Assembly: GCF_000023965.1 (NCBI RefSeq)
Contig: NC_013202.1
Coordinates: forward strand, 450,001-482,000
DNA length: 32,000 nt
Source: Halomicrobium mukohataei DSM 12286
Lineage (GTDB): Archaea > Halobacteriota > Halobacteria > Halobacteriales > Haloarculaceae
Reading direction: 5' to 3'
How positions within the stretch are numbered: position 1 is the stretch's first letter; each line of letters begins with the position of its first letter. The notes below the pieces were generated by a model, which had not been told where the DNA came from, ran no database searches, and saw only the letters and a program-made list of their open reading frames with translations. The position numbers and the translations under genes were made by a program. Shown piece by piece: positions 31,884 through 32,000 of this stretch.

Positions 31884-32000
31884 CAGTCCTGGCTCGCACC
31901 CATCCGGAGGTCCACGTCGCCGGTGCCGAGCTGGACCGGCTTCCCGACGATCACGTTCTCGATGACGCCTTCGAGCACGTCGACCTCGCCGTGGATCGCG
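31883..32000 (-). CDS. rpoA2: DNA-directed RNA polymerase subunit A'' (C-terminal end; 5' part outside the window)
   Basis: Reverse translation of 32000..31886 gives ...[38 protein letters not shown], then a stop. This is the typical RpoA'' C-terminus. The TGATG junction shares one nucleotide with the nusA start. Confidence 0.85.
   Translation of the reverse strand, partial: AIHGEVDVLEGVIENVIVGKPVQLGTGDVDLRMGASQD

Overview
GC-rich DNA encoding very acidic proteins, with archaeal translation and transcription genes (aEF-1alpha, aEF-2, KH-only NusA, RpoA''). I infer a haloarchaeal (Halobacteria) chromosome. There are two parts. (1) Positions 1-13411 are a minus-strand, virus-like integrated element. 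It is bounded on the right by tRNA-Ala(CGC) at 13412-13483, and a tyrosine integrase runs off the left edge. It contains a roughly 10 kb chain of translationally coupled genes. These include an FtsK/HerA-type packaging ATPase followed by two ORFs of capsid-protein size (160 and 241 aa), many small membrane or acidic proteins, and an early/regulatory module (SWIM+HTH, RHH+wHTH, ASCH, DPPY methyltransferase). I also found five ORFs under 60 aa that the ORF track omits: three CxxC...CxxC zinc ribbons, one RHH protein and one acidic ORF. The gene order and sizes fit a sphaerolipovirus-like (tailless, membrane-containing icosahedral) provirus. That is inference only, because I could run no homology search. 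(2) Positions 13412-32000 are housekeeping chromosome: rps10, tuf, hom plus an ACT protein, fusA, a BioY-EcfA-EcfT transporter, rps7, rps12, nusA and the 3' end of rpoA''. This stretch is interrupted by accessory genes. One is a Tat-signal protein with YadA/Hep_Hag-like repeats and a phage tail-fibre-type C-terminal chaperone (peptidase S74-like) domain. Two are translationally coupled 7TM sensor histidine kinases, and the first has Gln in place of the phospho-acceptor His. The others are a VOC-family protein and an HExxH protein. Two intergenic regions, downstream of rps10 and between the VOC gene and fusA, carry unusual arrays of short perfect hairpins. No CRISPR array, rRNA or IS element was seen. 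Many long Arg-rich ORFs in the track are off-frame or antisense shadows of real genes and were rejected.
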